DNA of 64,000 nt, taken from Octopus sinensis (taxonomy: Eukaryota). Below the pieces are notes generated by a model. The model was not told the origin of the DNA. It saw only the letters and a program-made list of their open reading frames with translations, and did no database searches. The DNA is taken from assembly GCF_006345805.1 (NCBI RefSeq), contig NC_043009.1:47740001-47804000 (forward strand), given 5' to 3'. Made by a program: the position numbers and the translations under genes. Every line of letters starts with the position of its first letter. Positions within the stretch are counted from its first letter, which is position 1. Positions 25,736 through 39,603 of this stretch are shown piece after piece.

Positions 25736-25739
<4 letters not shown>
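25486..25739 (+). mobile_element. Mariner-derived non-autonomous element with ~90-bp TIRs
   Basis: TA|TTGGGTTGGTGCATAATTATT ... AATAATTATGAATCAACCCAA|TA; interior 25589-25648 encodes HLPRKWEEVIEVDGEYAPE*, the mariner transposase C-terminus (LP.RW..V....G.Y). Confidence 0.85.
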
Positions 25740-25775
<36 letters not shown>

Positions 25776-25866
25776 AGCAAGTGTCTTCTATTACAGCCTC
25801 AGGATGACCAAAGCCTTGTGAGTGGATTTGGTAGGTGGAAACTGAAAGAAGCCTGTTGTGTATATA

Positions 25867-25917
<51 letters not shown>

Positions 25918-27973
25918 ATGTATGTATATGTTTGTGTGTCTGTGTTTGTCTCCCCACCAACTGATGTTGGTGTGTTTACATCCCTATAACTTAGCAGTTC
26001 AGCAAAAGAGCCCAGCAGAGTAAGTACTAGGCTTACAAAGAATAAGTCATAGGGTCAATTCATTTGACTAAAAGCAGTGGTCTAGCATGGCCACAGTCAA
26101 ATGACTGAAACAAGTAAAATAATAATAAAAAAAAAGAGAGTATATGTACACATGCAAAAAGAGAGAAAGCAAAAAGTGAAGACTTTCAAATGATGACTAT
26201 TTAAGTATAAATATATAGATATCATATTAATAGACCCAACTTACACAGAGTACAAATGACAGAGGAAGTTAAAGGGAAGGAAGAAAGGTGATATAAGTGC
26301 CTCCATATCGGCTCAACTTGATCCCTCTTATAGCCATTCTTTCCTCTGTGGAACTGATCCATTTGTAAAGACATTGGAGCCTAAGTTTGAATCATTTGAG
26401 TGCTACTAAGTGTTTTCTATACTCAGAATCTATGGATCCCATTTGTTGACTATACATATACAGAGAAAAATACAATGGGCTTCCACACAGTTTCCATTCT
26501 CCAAATTTAGTTACAAAGTCACTGGTCAGCCCGGGGATATAGTGGAAGACACTTACCAAGGTACTGTACCGTTCAGTGGGTCTGAACTTGAAATCATGTG
26601 GTTGCAAAGCAAACTTCTTAACCACACACCAAGACAGCCATTCATACATTTTCTGAGATTAGCACAGATCTAGAATCTTTTCGCCACCAACCTCACTAAA
26701 TTGCCCTACCCACCACCCCTGTTCTGCAACTCAAAAGCTATAAAGTAGCTACATTAAATTCAAACAATTGTCTTCCAGATAATTTCAGAAAACAACAAAA
26801 TTCTATAACAACTACAAAGCAACACAAATTAATAAGACATATTTTATATGGTCACTTGACCTACTTATTGAAGCAGCCAAATTTTCTCCAACAGACATTT
26901 TACTGTCATTAAAGTGGAGACAACATGTTAAATTACTAAGTGTGAGAACAACACGAAAAATAAAGATGGAATTGCCATGGTTAGAACAGTGATAAAACAA
27001 TTCTTTAATTGGTTACTTTCATGATCAATTTGTACAGAACTGACTGACACTGACACAATTTCCTTAGATTAAACATGAAGTACTAAGAAGTATCTTCTTA
27101 CTATTCTCAAATATAAATTGAGTTTTCTTATCAAATTAATCAAAAAAGAACAAAGAGTTGCGAGCAATAGTTAAATGTGTTACAAAGAGTCGATGGCTAT
27201 TTCTCTTTGTCTAGGTGAGGGCTTGTCAGCACTTGAAATCTGTTATGCATTGATACAGTTTATGTTTTAATTCATTAAAATTTAACTCTATACAATTGTG
27301 TAGCAGGAATTTCAGGTTTGACATTCTGTTGAACTCCATACCCTGCAGACACAGCAGAAAGCAGAAATGGGGAAACACCATATTAAAACTAGGTCAAGCT
27401 AAAAATAAATCAGCTACTTAGAATAAAGATTTATCATCACAGCAGTATTAGTTTGTTAACAACTGCCTGCTTGGTGTAAGGTACTTTTGTAGAATAATTA
27501 TTGTTTTTCATTTTTAAACACGAAGTGAAGAAAGGCAAAAGTGTAGGACATTCACAACTGCAAAAGTACTGCAGGAATTAGAACAAGGGTATTCTGGTAT
27601 TCTGATGAAGATTAAAGGGAATTTGATCAAATGTACCCTGAAGATGACTTAAAACAGTGTTTCTCAACCACTCTTTATTACTATTTTAAACCTTGATTCC
27701 TATCTTATTCTATTGGTCCCTCATATTCAAAGTTTAAAAGTTTGTATTACACTTTTATAATGAAACACCAGTAGGAATTATATTAAAAGAAATTGCTGAA
27801 ATATTTTTTGTATTGTAGAAGAACAAAAAATTTCTTGTACATAAATTTTTTTTAAATCTCATGTTTAGTCTTCTAACTTCTTCTAACAATGCGACGAACA
27901 CACGCTACACACATTACTTCCAAGCACTGCTGTAAACAGAGGAAGTGAGCTAGAACATTAAAACTTAGTGCAC

Positions 27974-28368
27974 AGGCATAGGAGTGGCTGTGTGGTAAGT
28001 AGCTTGCTTACAAACTGCATGGTTCCGGGTTCAGTCCCACTGCATGGCACCTTGGGCAAGTGTCTTCTACTATAACATCAGGCTAACCAAAGCCTTGTGA
28101 GTGGATTTGGTAGACAGAAACTGAAAGAAGCCCGTCGTATATATGTATATATATGTATGTCTATGTACATATTTGTCCCTCCAACATCACTTGACAACCG
28201 ATGCTGGTGTGTTTACGTCCCTGTAACTTAGCAGTTCGGCAAAAAATACCGATAGAATAGGTACTAGGCTTACAAAGAATAAGTCCTGGGGTCGATTTGC
28301 TCGACTAAAGGCGGTGCTCCAGCATGGTAACAGTCGAATGACTGAAACAAGTAAAAGAGTAAAGAGAG
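27974..28368 (+). mobile_element. SINE family A
   Basis: Colinear with other family A copies. Confidence 0.9.
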
Positions 28369-28670
28369 TATAGAGTATGCACAACAAAGTTCAAGGTCAA
28401 TTTGTGCCAAGTGGCTTCACTCTGCATGCTTTAGCTTCATTACTATGGCAACAGTTCGCACACTTGTTGATCAGACCACATTAATACAAACATACATAAA
28501 AGCTGTGCCATTGATTGGGTCAACTGATCACTCGTCACACACACACACAATAATGAAAAGCAAAAGACAAAGAAAATTCTTTAATACATCTTTAATCATA
28601 AGCTACAAATGTTTGTGTCCCATCTTCATTTGCAACACCAGTTTATGCGAAAATTCTAAATGAAAAATTA

Positions 28671-28836
28671 TAGAAGTGCCTGTGTGATAAGTTGCTTGCT
28701 TACCAACAACGTGGTTCCAAGTTCAGTCCCACTGCATGGCACCTTGGGCAAGTGTCTTCTACTATAGCCTCGGACCGACCAAAGCCTTGTAAGTGGATTT
28801 GGTACAAAGAAGCTGAAAAAAGCTGTCATATATATG

Positions 28837-28867
<31 letters not shown>

Positions 28868-29091
28868 ATATGTTTGTGTGTGTATATGTTTGTGTGTCTG
28901 TGTTTGTCCCCCCAACATCGTTTGACAACCAATGCTGGTGTGTTTACGTCTGTAACTTAGTGGTTCTGCAAAAGAGACAGATAGAATAAGTACTAGGCTT
29001 ACAAAGAATAAGTCCTGGAGTCGATTTGCTTGACTAAAGGCAGTGCTCCAGCATGGCCACAGTTACATGACTGAAACAAGTAAAAGAGTAA
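28671..29091 (+). mobile_element. SINE family A
   Basis: Colinear with other family A copies. Confidence 0.88.
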
Positions 29092-29708
29092 CATTTGCAG
29101 TTTTAGACAAATATTACCTGATTTCTCATTTAGAATTTTCATGTAAACTGGTGCTGCAAATGGAAATGGGACAAAAACACTTCTAACTTATAATTAAAGA
29201 TGTGTTAAAGAATTTTCTTTGTTTTCTTCTTTTTGTTGGATTATTTACTCTTTGCCAAACCCATATGATGGTATAATTGCTGTGAAACTTGGATCTTCTA
29301 CACCTGAAGTATTCCGACTTTGGCTTGGATCCCAACTGTGTTGATAGCCCAATATTTGGGTCGATTGCTTCTCTGGAAATACCTCAATTTCACACCGTTC
29401 CTAACCTTTGCCATTTGTTCTCTCTCTTGTTCTCTCTCTCTCTCTCTCTCTTTCTGTGTGTGTGTGTGGTGTGTGTGTGTGTTTGTGTGTGCATGCACAC
29501 GTGTGTGTGTGTATATACATACAAAGTGCCCAAAGCTTGTGATTGCTTGGAGACACAAGACACATTATAAAACCCTGCCTAACCACATGTCTCAATGATA
29601 AGACACTATTAGTAGCTCATATTTTAATGCACTATACATTGAAACATATTTATTTCTCACTGGACAGAGCAATTTTGTGGGGTTGATTCTACCCCAACGG
29701 AACTTCAC

Positions 29709-30340
29709 CATCATCATTTAAAGTTCGTTTTTCATGCTGGCATTGGTTGGACGGTTTGACTGGGGTCTAGGAAGCCAGAAAGCTGCACCAGGCTCCAGTC
29801 TGATCTGGCAGTGTTTCTACAGCTAGATGCCCTTCCTAACACCAACCACTCCGAGAGTATAGTGGGTGCTTTTTATGTGCCACTGGCACGGAAGCCAGTC
29901 AAGGCAGTGCTGGCATCGGCCACGTTTGGATGGTGCTTTTTACGTTCCACTGGCACAGGGATCACAACTACAATCTCCATTTGATTTTGGTTTTGATGTA
30001 CTTGACTCAATAGGTCTCCTCAAGCACAGCACGTTGCCCTACAATCCAAGGCACTTTTGAGTGGGCTGGTTATGTGACACTGGTGTAAGTTACAGCTGTG
30101 GATTCTATTTGCCAGGTCTTTTCAGTCACAGCATATCTCCAGAGGTCTTGGTCTTTTGTCATTGCCTCTGTGAGGCCCAATGTTTGAAGGTCATGCTTCA
30201 CCACCTCACCCCATGTCTTCCTGGGTCTCCCTCTACCCTGGATTCCTTCCACTTTTTGGGAGTGGCACTTCTTCACACAGATCTCGTCCATCTGTAGTAC
30301 ATGACCATACCAATGCAAACATCTCTCTTGCATGCCACTA
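29709..30340 (-). mobile_element. 5'-truncated RTE-clade LINE: ORF C-terminus, 3' UTR and (ATG)n tail
   Basis: Minus ORF 30070-30360 ...ERCLHWYGHVLQMD...VEG..GRGRPRKTW...DL...W matches the RTE RLRW.GHV.RM...GRP...W motif; continues into the (ATG)n-tailed family. Confidence 0.85.
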
Positions 30341-30589
30341 TTGTTTAATTTCATATTCATTATTTTGTCCTTTGTTTTATTATTAAAAACTGGTCTACTA
30401 TTGAAACATAATTGGATCCTTTATACATATACTTGAAGATATATTTTAAGCTTTTAATTGAAGACCATACTTCTAGTTTTAGCTGAACCCCATATTCCAT
30501 GGAGGGCTGCTTATACATATATATTTATATATATATATATTATATATATATCTAAAAGAAGTTTAAGATAGATTTTAATTTTCTTAGAA

Positions 30590-30637
30590 ATTTTACATGT
30601 TTCGGTTCTTCTTGAAAAAATGAGCCTTATCAAAAAT
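30590..30637 (-). ncRNA. Minimal type I hammerhead-like motif with U3-A8 core
   Basis: Reverse complement ATTT-TTGATAA-GGCTC(ATTTTTTCAAGAA)GAACC-GAAA-C-AT-GTA-AAAT; ACATGT palindromic stem III; (TA)n about 40 nt downstream. Confidence 0.6.
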
Positions 30638-30760
30638 ATTTTAAAAAGTTAAGTGTAATAAAAAAGATCATAATTGTTTCTTACTGGTCTCAACAGAATC
30701 CACATGGTGGTTTTTTGGGGGAGTAAGCATAATAGCTGTCTTATGTGTTCAAATAAAACT

Positions 30761-30812
<52 letters not shown>

Positions 30813-30859
30813 GTGTGTGTGTGTGTGTGCATGTGTATAGTGTGTGTCTATATTATGTG

Positions 30860-31178
30860 AAGGCATATGGCTTAATTGTTAGGATACTTAGCCCATGATT
30901 ATAAGGTCGTGAAGTTGATTCCCAGCAGTATGTAGTGTCCTTGAGCAAGACGCTATTTCACATTGCCTCAGTCCACTCAGCTGGCAAAAATGAGTTGTAC
31001 CTGTAATTCAAAGGTCTAGCCTTCACACATTCTCTGTAACGCTGAATCTCCCTAAAAACTACATTAAGAGTACACATGTCTGTGAAACGCTCAGTGACTT
31101 GCATGTTAATTTCATGAGCAAGCTGTTCCATTGATCAGATCAGCTGGATCACTCGTCATCATAACTGATGGCATGCCA
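30860..31178 (+). mobile_element. Old tRNA-derived SINE related to the family C head
   Basis: AAGGCATATGGCTTAATTGTTAGG...TTGATTCCC...CCTTGAGCAAGAC...CCACTCAGCTG. Confidence 0.6.
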
Positions 31179-31188
31179 TTGTATATTA

Positions 31189-31288
31189 NNNNNNNNNNNN
31201 NNNNNNNNNNNNNNNNNNNNNNNNNNNNNNNNNNNNNNNNNNNNNNNNNNNNNNNNNNNNNNNNNNNNNNNNNNNNNNNNNNNNNNNN
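31189..31288. other. Assembly gap (100 N)
   Basis: Run of N. Confidence 1.
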
Positions 31289-31290
31289 AA

Positions 31291-31341
<51 letters not shown>

Positions 31342-31914
31342 AATACACACACACACACAAAATGTTTGAGTAAGATATTGGTCCTCTAACTAGTCTAAGG
31401 TGATAGTACACTGAATAAAAACTGACTATGACAAACCACATCAGCATAGAAAATGGACATAAAGAGATGATGATAATGATGATGATGATGACAATGATGC
31501 TGAGGATGATGATGATGATGATGATTATATATGTATACACACACACACACACATACATAAGCTCATATGTGTATATTTTTTTGGCGGATATAATATACAA
31601 TTAGAAACAGCTCTTTGAAGTTTATTTTATTCTTAACCTTTAGCCTAACTAGCATCAAGTCACAGAGTACACAGAGGAGTTTGTGGTCTCAGCAACTACA
31701 AATAATCAATAGATATGAAAAGAAGTAAACACTGGCAAGAGAAAAACATTCCAAAAGACTAGTGCTCTTTGAATGAAGTCTCTGGTGATATTTGTTCTGC
31801 ATTGTATTAGATGCTTCCTAACTTTCTTTGTAGCTTTGTTTCTATTGTAAATGCAGAAACCAATGATGCTATTATTAATAAATTGTGATATATATGTATA
31901 TATTATATATATGT

Positions 31915-31948
<34 letters not shown>

Positions 31949-31954
31949 CATACA

Positions 31955-32003
<49 letters not shown>

Positions 32004-32029
32004 TATTTATGTATATATATATAAAGATG

Positions 32030-32047
32030 ATATAGATAGATGATAGT

Positions 32048-32128
<81 letters not shown>
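32030..32128. repeat. (GATA)n microsatellite
   Basis: Direct reading. Confidence 0.97.
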
Positions 32129-32851
32129 TAAGCAAACGAATATATAAAATAAATAAGAAGAATTCTCTCGTCTTGAAATAAGTGTTAGCTATTGTAAAAG
32201 CTATCTGGCTCTAAAACAACTGCTCTGAAGAACAGCGCTTTCAGTGCTATCCAACTTTTTCCACCCTTCAACGTTCAGATTTCTTTGTGAAATCTAATGC
32301 TTATTCAGTCACATTGTTTTTGTTTTTTTTTTAATTAATCATGCATTATCTCAGAGTTTCAAGATTTCAACAATGTGATTGTTTATTTTCAGAATGACAT
32401 TGCTGGGTAGGTGTGAAAGGCAAGATCCGGCCAGTTTCAACATAAAGCAAGCAGAATATTTGGGCTGGATAATATGGCACATATTTAAAAACCAAAAGGT
32501 TAATTCAGAAAGAAATAAGAATAAAATGAGACAGCATTTAATCCACAATTTTTAGGTATTGTTTCTCGATAATGCATGTCAATGCAGTATCCATCAACAT
32601 GACCAACACTACAAGGCTGTTGCATCCATGATTGCTAGACCAAGAGTTTGATTCTGAGACTGGGTGGAAAAACACATCATTTCACATTACTCCAACCCCC
32701 TTTCAATCAGGGGGAGTGCTAGCTTGCTTGCTTAGCCAGCGGGGTGGTGTCATTTGATGGCTAAAACAATGCAAAGTGCATTGTGACCAGCGATGTGTAA
32801 CAACATCTAACAGTCTGGTCAGTCACATGATCATGGTCATGTGATCACAAG

Positions 32852-33106
32852 CATCATCATCATCATCATCATTTACCGTCCGCTTTCCATGCTAGCATGG
32901 GTTGGACGGTTCAACTGGGGTCTGGGAAGCCAGAAGGCTGCACCAGGCCCAGTCTGATCTGGCAGTGTTTCTATGGCTGGATGCCCTTCCTAACGCCAAC
33001 CACTCCGTGAGTGTAGTGGGTGCTTTTTACATGCCACCGGCACAGGTGCCAGACGAGGCTGGCAAACGGCCACGGTCGGATGGCGCTTTTTACGTGCCAC
33101 CGGCAC
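32852..33106 (-). mobile_element. RTE-type LINE 3' end
   Basis: (CAT)n followed by TTTACCGTCCGCTTTCCATGCTAGCATGGGTTGGACGG... Confidence 0.8.
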
Positions 33107-33446
33107 ATCGTTCACCATCCATCCACTTTCACAGTCATACATTAAACTCATCTATTTAACAATCTCTGCTCATTCTTCTTCAACCGTCGTCAGTTTTATC
33201 TGTGAGACATGTCTTCCAGTGAGTGAGCTGACCTGACTGTCTTGCTATATAGTGACTATGAACTATTAAGTTAGAATTAAGAAAATATCTCATACTAGCA
33301 TGTAGAGAACCTGAAAGAAAACATGGACTGCAAATATTTATTGAGATTTAGAGAAGTAACAGAACACAAACAAGTAGTTATTCTGTTTCAGTAACTTAAC
33401 CGAGTTATGATGGAAATGTAAAGAGTAAAAGTTCATAGTGGGGGTG

Positions 33447-33660
33447 GAGAAAGAGAGAGAGGGGGATAGAACAGAGAGAGACAGAGAAGAGAGAAAAGAG
33501 AAGAAAGAGAAAAGAGAGAGAAAGAGAGAGAGGAGAGAGAGAGAGAGAAGAGAAGAGAGAGAGAGAGAAGAAGAGAGAGAGAGAGAAAGAAAAGAGGAGA
33601 GAGAAAGAGAGAGAGAGATCAAGAGAAAAGAATAGGGGAGAGAAAGAGAGATAGAGAGAA

Positions 33661-33691
<31 letters not shown>

Positions 33692-33877
33692 CAGAGAGAG
33701 ACAGAGAGAGAGAGAAAGAAAGAAAGAGAAAGAGAGAGAGAGAAAGAGAAAGCGAGAGAGAAAGAGAAAGCGAGAGAGAGAGAGAGAGAGAATGAGAGAA
33801 AGAGAAAGAGAGAGAGAGAGAAAGAGAGAGAGAGAAAGAGAGAAAGAGAAAGAGAGAGAGAGAAAGAGAGAGAGAAA
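33447..33877. repeat. Compound (GA)n/(GAAA)n tract
   Basis: Direct reading. Confidence 0.95.
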
Positions 33878-34060
33878 GTGAAGTTTGGTTAAGGATGCCA
33901 AGAGAAAAAAAATGTATTTTTCTTTTTTTTTAACGATTTCTTAATAAGCTCTATCATTTTTCTAACACAGAAAGAAACCATCATATCCTATGAAACAAAT
34001 ATGTCTATGTTTACATCTCAAGTAATAAGAGAAAAAAAACCCAACAAAAAACATGTTAAA

Positions 34061-34297
34061 ATGATGATGATGATGATGATGATGATGTGGTGGTGGTGGT
34101 GGTGGTGGTGATGATGATGATGACAATGATAATGATGATGATAATGGTGATGGTGGTGGTTTTGTTGGTGGTGGTGGTTATGGTGGTGGCAGTGATAACG
34201 ATGATGATGGCGGAGATGATGATGATGACAGTGGTGATGATGATAATGATGATGAAAATGATGGTGGTGGTTGTGATGATGATGATGATGACGATGG
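34061..34297. repeat. (GAT)n/(GGT)n compound tract
   Basis: Direct reading. Confidence 0.95.
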
Positions 34298-36848
34298 TAT
34301 CAGTCACAATGAGTATGGTGTATATAAGATGGAGACGATATAAGTATTATATGCAAATGCATATCAATGAATACCATCTTTCTGGCGATATTTCCAGAGC
34401 AATATGTAGTTCATCAGCTATTCTACACACATCAGTTATACATGGCTATAGATATAGTTACATAATTTGAATAAAAACAAAATATATAACCTGCAACCTA
34501 AGCAATATTTTTATTGTTTTAGGCATTTAAGTAATGTAGAAACTAAGTAGTGACTATATATATATATAGTAAGAAATGTGTACAAGAGAAGAAAAATTTC
34601 AATAGTCTGAACTAAATGGGTTTAACTGAAGGACACATTGAAATATTTTGAATTACATAAGACATGTTTGAATTTATGCAAAAAAAAAAAAACTATCTTT
34701 GGTCATTTGCTTGTTTTAGTCATTAGGCTGTGGTCATGCTGGGGCACTGTCTAGAACAATTTTCAATCAAATGGGATGCCATTCAGGGTAGGTCTTCCAG
34801 ATTGGTCATCATCTTCCAAAGACATTCTTCCACTTGCCTCATCATCTTAATCTTGCCGAAGCATGCTCAATGTCTCTGTAGCAGAGGCGGTGAGCTGGCA
34901 GAAATGTTAGCACACCAGGCTTAGCGGTATTTCATCTGTCTTTATGTTCTGAGTTCAAATTCTGCTAAAGTCAACTTTGCTGCTCATCCTTTTGGGGGTC
35001 AATAAATTAAGTACCAGTTGCATACTGAGGTCAATCTAATTGACTGGTCCCCACTCCCAAACTTCAGGCCTTGTGCCTAGAGTAGAAAAGACTGTCTCTA
35101 TAGCAGGTTTCCCACATTTAACATAAAATTTTAAGTTGGCTCTTCATTCCAACCTCCTGTCAATGATAAAAATCGCAGACTACAACATATACATGATCAC
35201 AAAAACACAAATTCTCACAACCTATGAAGTAAACACAGCGATGTCACTTGGCACACTGACTCATGAAGGTCACTGCTAGTTCCCACTTCACAAGCAGCTG
35301 TGTGCTGCCACCTGTTGGCATGTTACAGAACTAGTCTGGTAATTTTTTGATACCTTGTATTTCAGGAAACAGCTAGGTTTATTTCTCTAACATTTTAGAG
35401 TTCTACCTACACAAGTTAATGTGTGAAAAACAAAATAGGAATATTGAAAGAAGTTCCTATAAAACTAGTTTCCAAACATCAAAAGGCTATGGGGTCCACC
35501 AGAATAAAAATAATAAAGGAGTCCACAGACAATAAATGGTTGAGAGGCCCTGACATAAAAGTTCCTTTCATGGTTTGTGATCAACCGTGGTTCCGTTTCA
35601 TCATTTAAAAAAAAAATTAGTTGGCAGTCGCAAAGATAGAGTAATAGCGCCAGCACATTTTCAAGCCATTTCTGATGGGTGAGACTGATGCAGTTGGTAT
35701 TCAGCTTCAACAGCTATGCACAGATGTTTGTTGGGAAAACACATTGGAGGGGGATGACTTTAAGAGCATTGTGACTCTAAGAGGAAAAGATTGGTTGAAG
35801 TGTTTATTATAAAGGTTGGGTATGAAATCAAGAGTAATATGATTTTGGTAGAAAGGATTGGTCAAAGTGCTTATTACAATTACTGTTAGTGTTAAGAATC
35901 CAAAGCATTACTACTAATTCATGAAGTTGAACAGTTTAGAAATTTTGAAAACAAAATAAATGAAATCAAATTTCATATATACATAAACACAATGTGCTGA
36001 ATTGTCTTGGTGCAGAATTGTTGGTGTCAAATTGTGATGCATGGAATTCTTGGGGTGCTCTTTTCAGCCCTCCTTTGTACATACACATGCTAATGATATC
36101 TCTAAAGGGAGATATCAAGAGAGAGAGAGAGTTTGTGTGTGTGTGTGTGTGTGTGAATGTGCATGTGTGTGTGTGCATGTGTGTGATGCAGTTAATAATA
36201 AGGTGGCAAGCTGGCAGAAACGTTAGCATGCCAGGCAAAACGCTTAGCAGCATTTCGTCTGTCTTTACGTTTTGGGTTCAAATTCTGCCGAGGTCATCTT
36301 TGCCTTTCATCCTTTCAGGGTCGATAAATTAAGTACTAGTTACATACTGGAGTCGATGTAATTGACTGGCCCCCACCTCCCCCAAAATTTCGAGCCTTGT
36401 GCCTAGAGTAGAAAAGCAGTTAATAATATCTAAAATACATCTGGCTTTACAGAAACTATCAAAGTGGCAAAGCATGTAAATGTTCACAAGTGTCTCTACC
36501 CTATTTGAGATGATGATGATGATGGTGATGTGCATATGGAGGTGAAGCAAGTTGTTTTTGCCCTAATAAAAGCTGCATCACCATAATTCAGATTGTCTGT
36601 CATTTTACAATGATACAGGAGAAATTTTCTTGCATGTGTACAATGTGGAATTGGAAGCCATTTATGAAGCAAACATGGTGTCTTCCTCAAAATCAGTAAC
36701 AAATACACAGAACCATCTTTGGTTCATGTAACAGCTAAAAGGATTCCGCAGAGTTGATAAAGATCCAGGAAAAAGACCAAAAAACCAAAAAGAATCCAGA
36801 AAGCTACTATTCAGAAAGTGAAAGGGCTTGCAGGTTGTATGATACATT

Positions 36849-37269
36849 CGGTGTTGGATTATTTAGCAAAATAAGCATGTGCCTTGGGGCATCAAGAGAA
36901 GTGGGCAGGGGGCAACACAGAAATGGTAAATGGCTTATGGCACAAAAGAAATCATTTTAAACTTACTAAAATAATATTTGAAGTGGTTTATATGTTTAGA
37001 AATATAAATTTGAAGTCTTTATCATGTCATAGAGAGGATCTGATCAAAGACTTTTGAAAAAATGTAGGAGAAACTTTTGAAATATAAATAAAGTGGGGAG
37101 TATACAAAAATAAACATTATTTTCCCTCTTACTGTTAGTTCTGTTTCATTTCAAAAAAATAAAAAATTATTTTGTAGTTCATTACTGCTTATATTTTGAA
37201 TTACACATATATGGGGGCACCAAGATTGTTTAAGTGCTTAGGGCCTTTATGGGTCTTAATCTGGCCCTG
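36849..37269 (+). mobile_element. hAT-type MITE
   Basis: 8-bp TSD GATACATT/GATACACT; right TIR TTAATCTGGCCCTG; homologous over its length to 51926-52298. Confidence 0.75.
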
Positions 37270-38155
37270 GATACACTAAAACCATTTTTGCTTATCCTGA
37301 TAGCTATATTTCCAGTTGTTGTAATGTTGAGTAAAAATATCCTAGAAGATGATAATAGGAAACTTTGTCTAAAAGGTTCCATAGTATTCACTAACTTTAT
37401 AACTGCAGAGTGCAGCTACATATGATTCAATTGAGGGTGTGAGGGAATTGTGAGCTTCAGTTATATGGGGAAGGTAAAGAAAAAAGGCTAGAATGATATT
37501 ACCAGTCGCTTGTTGCTTAATTGTCTTTAATGCGGAAAGATGAAACACATTTTTCTGTTAATTACAGTCGGTGTAGTATTGTTATTAGATCAGGTTAGTT
37601 GGCTGACTTCAAGTACCAGGAAGTTTCGAGAGAAGAGGCTGTTTAATGATAGGATGTCAAGTGCATTGTTATTAGCAGGTTATCAGATGATATGTTGTGA
37701 CAGAGAGTAAGATTTTAGGTTAAAGGTTGAGTTAAGAGGTGCTAAAGAAGTCAACACTACTGTTGTTTAAGTCAGCCTGATCAAGTAAATATATCATTAA
37801 AGACATTCTTCTTGTCCACTCGACCATTTCACCTGTACAGACAATGTACCACAGGTGTTACATTTCTAGTTAGATAAATACCAAGAAAATCCCATCATTG
37901 TGCCAGCTCTCTCTCTCTCTCTCTATTTTCATTTATAACTGCAATAGTTTCTGTTTATCTAAACTTGCTGACTGCATACCTTATTCCACCAATCTTTTCT
38001 TCACTATATTTAATCTCTGTGGTAAGACGCTCGCTTCCCACCCACATGGTTCCAGGTTCAGTCCTACATTGTAACACCTTGGGCAAGTCTCTTCTACTAT
38101 AGCCTCAGGCCAACCAAAGCCTTGTGAGTGGATTTGATAGCTAGAAACTGAAAGA

Positions 38156-38376
38156 AGGCGGCGAGCTAGCAGAAACGTTAGCGCGCCGGGCGAAATGCTT
38201 ATCGGCATTTCATCTGCCGTTACGTTCTGAGTTCAAATTCTGCTGAAGTCGACTTTGCCTTTCATCCTTTCGGGGTCGATAAATTAAGTACCAGTTATGC
38301 ACTGAGGTCGATGTAATCAACTTAATCCCTTTGTCTGTCTTTGTTTGTCCCCTTGTGGGCAATAAAGAAATAAGAA
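38156..38376 (+). mobile_element. SINE family B nested in a family A copy (~38015-38595)
   Basis: Flanked by the duplicated target AGAAA(C/T)TGAAAGAAG; family A resumes after the insertion. Confidence 0.85.
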
Positions 38377-39282
38377 ATTGAAAGAAGCCCATCATATATA
38401 TATATATATATGCATGTGTGTGTGTGTTTGTCCCCCACCACTGCTTCACAACCAGTGCTGGTGTGTATATATCTCTGTAACTTAGTGGTTCTGCAAAAGA
38501 GACTGATAGAATAAGTACCAGGTTTTAACAAAAAAAAATAATAATAAACTCGGGTTGATGCATTCAACTAAAAATTCTTCAAGGCTGCGCCCCCAAAATG
38601 GTTGCACTCTATTGCAGGATTACCCATTTACAGCCAAAGTGGACTGGAGCAACACGAAATGAAATATCTTGCTCAAGACCAAAATGCACCACTGGTCTGG
38701 CATCTGGGAACCAATGCCACAATCATACTGGGTATGGTTCCAATGTATGGAATTTTGGAGAAGTTACCCTCGATGTTAAATGATCAAGATGATATATATA
38801 TCGTTGCTATTAAGTTATATTGTCATATGTCCAATCTTTTGATTGTATGTGCAATGCTCTTCACACATGCACACACACATACACACACACACACACACAC
38901 ACAACACACACACACACACACACACACACTTATACTGGGTATGATTCCAATGTGTGGAATTTTGGAGAAGCTACTTCCACTCTATTACAACTCTGGGCTG
39001 ATTAATGACTTGTGAGTGAGTGAAATTAATAGACAGAATTTAAAATTTACTGCAGTCCCATCATACATGTGTGTGTGTGTGTGTGTTGTGTGTGTGTGTG
39101 TGTGTGTGCGTGCGTGTGTGTACACACATATATATAAAAAGGGCATCCAGCCATAGAAACCATGCCAAATCAGACTGGAGTCTGATGCAGCCCCCACGCA
39201 CTAGTTTGCCAGCTCTGGTCACACCATACAACCCATACTAGCATGGACAACAGACAGTAAATGATGATGATGATGATAATAC

Positions 39283-39322
<40 letters not shown>

Positions 39323-39570
39323 CATTGCTATTATGTTAAACTATTGTATGTCCAAATTTGGCCAAATGCATTTTTTTTTCAAAATTAATTTTTGCTTGCA
39401 ATAGCCCATTCTTTTGGTCAGTCTATCATATCTCCAGCTGCTTCAGATGCCAAGATACCAAAAATTGTCATAATCCCTTACAAAGCCTTTTTCCCAAATT
39501 TTAAACCCCTAAAGTTAGAGGGTTCCTTATACATGTTAAAATACAGTAAATATATATATATATATATATC

Positions 39571-39603
<33 letters not shown>

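Noticed and set aside
27601-27655. CTGATGA and CTGAAGA close together
   Set aside because: No paired stem II followed by GAAA
29289-29410. GC-richer unique stretch as a possible host exon
   Set aside because: No recognisable domain or convincing splice-site pair; the ORFs run into microsatellite
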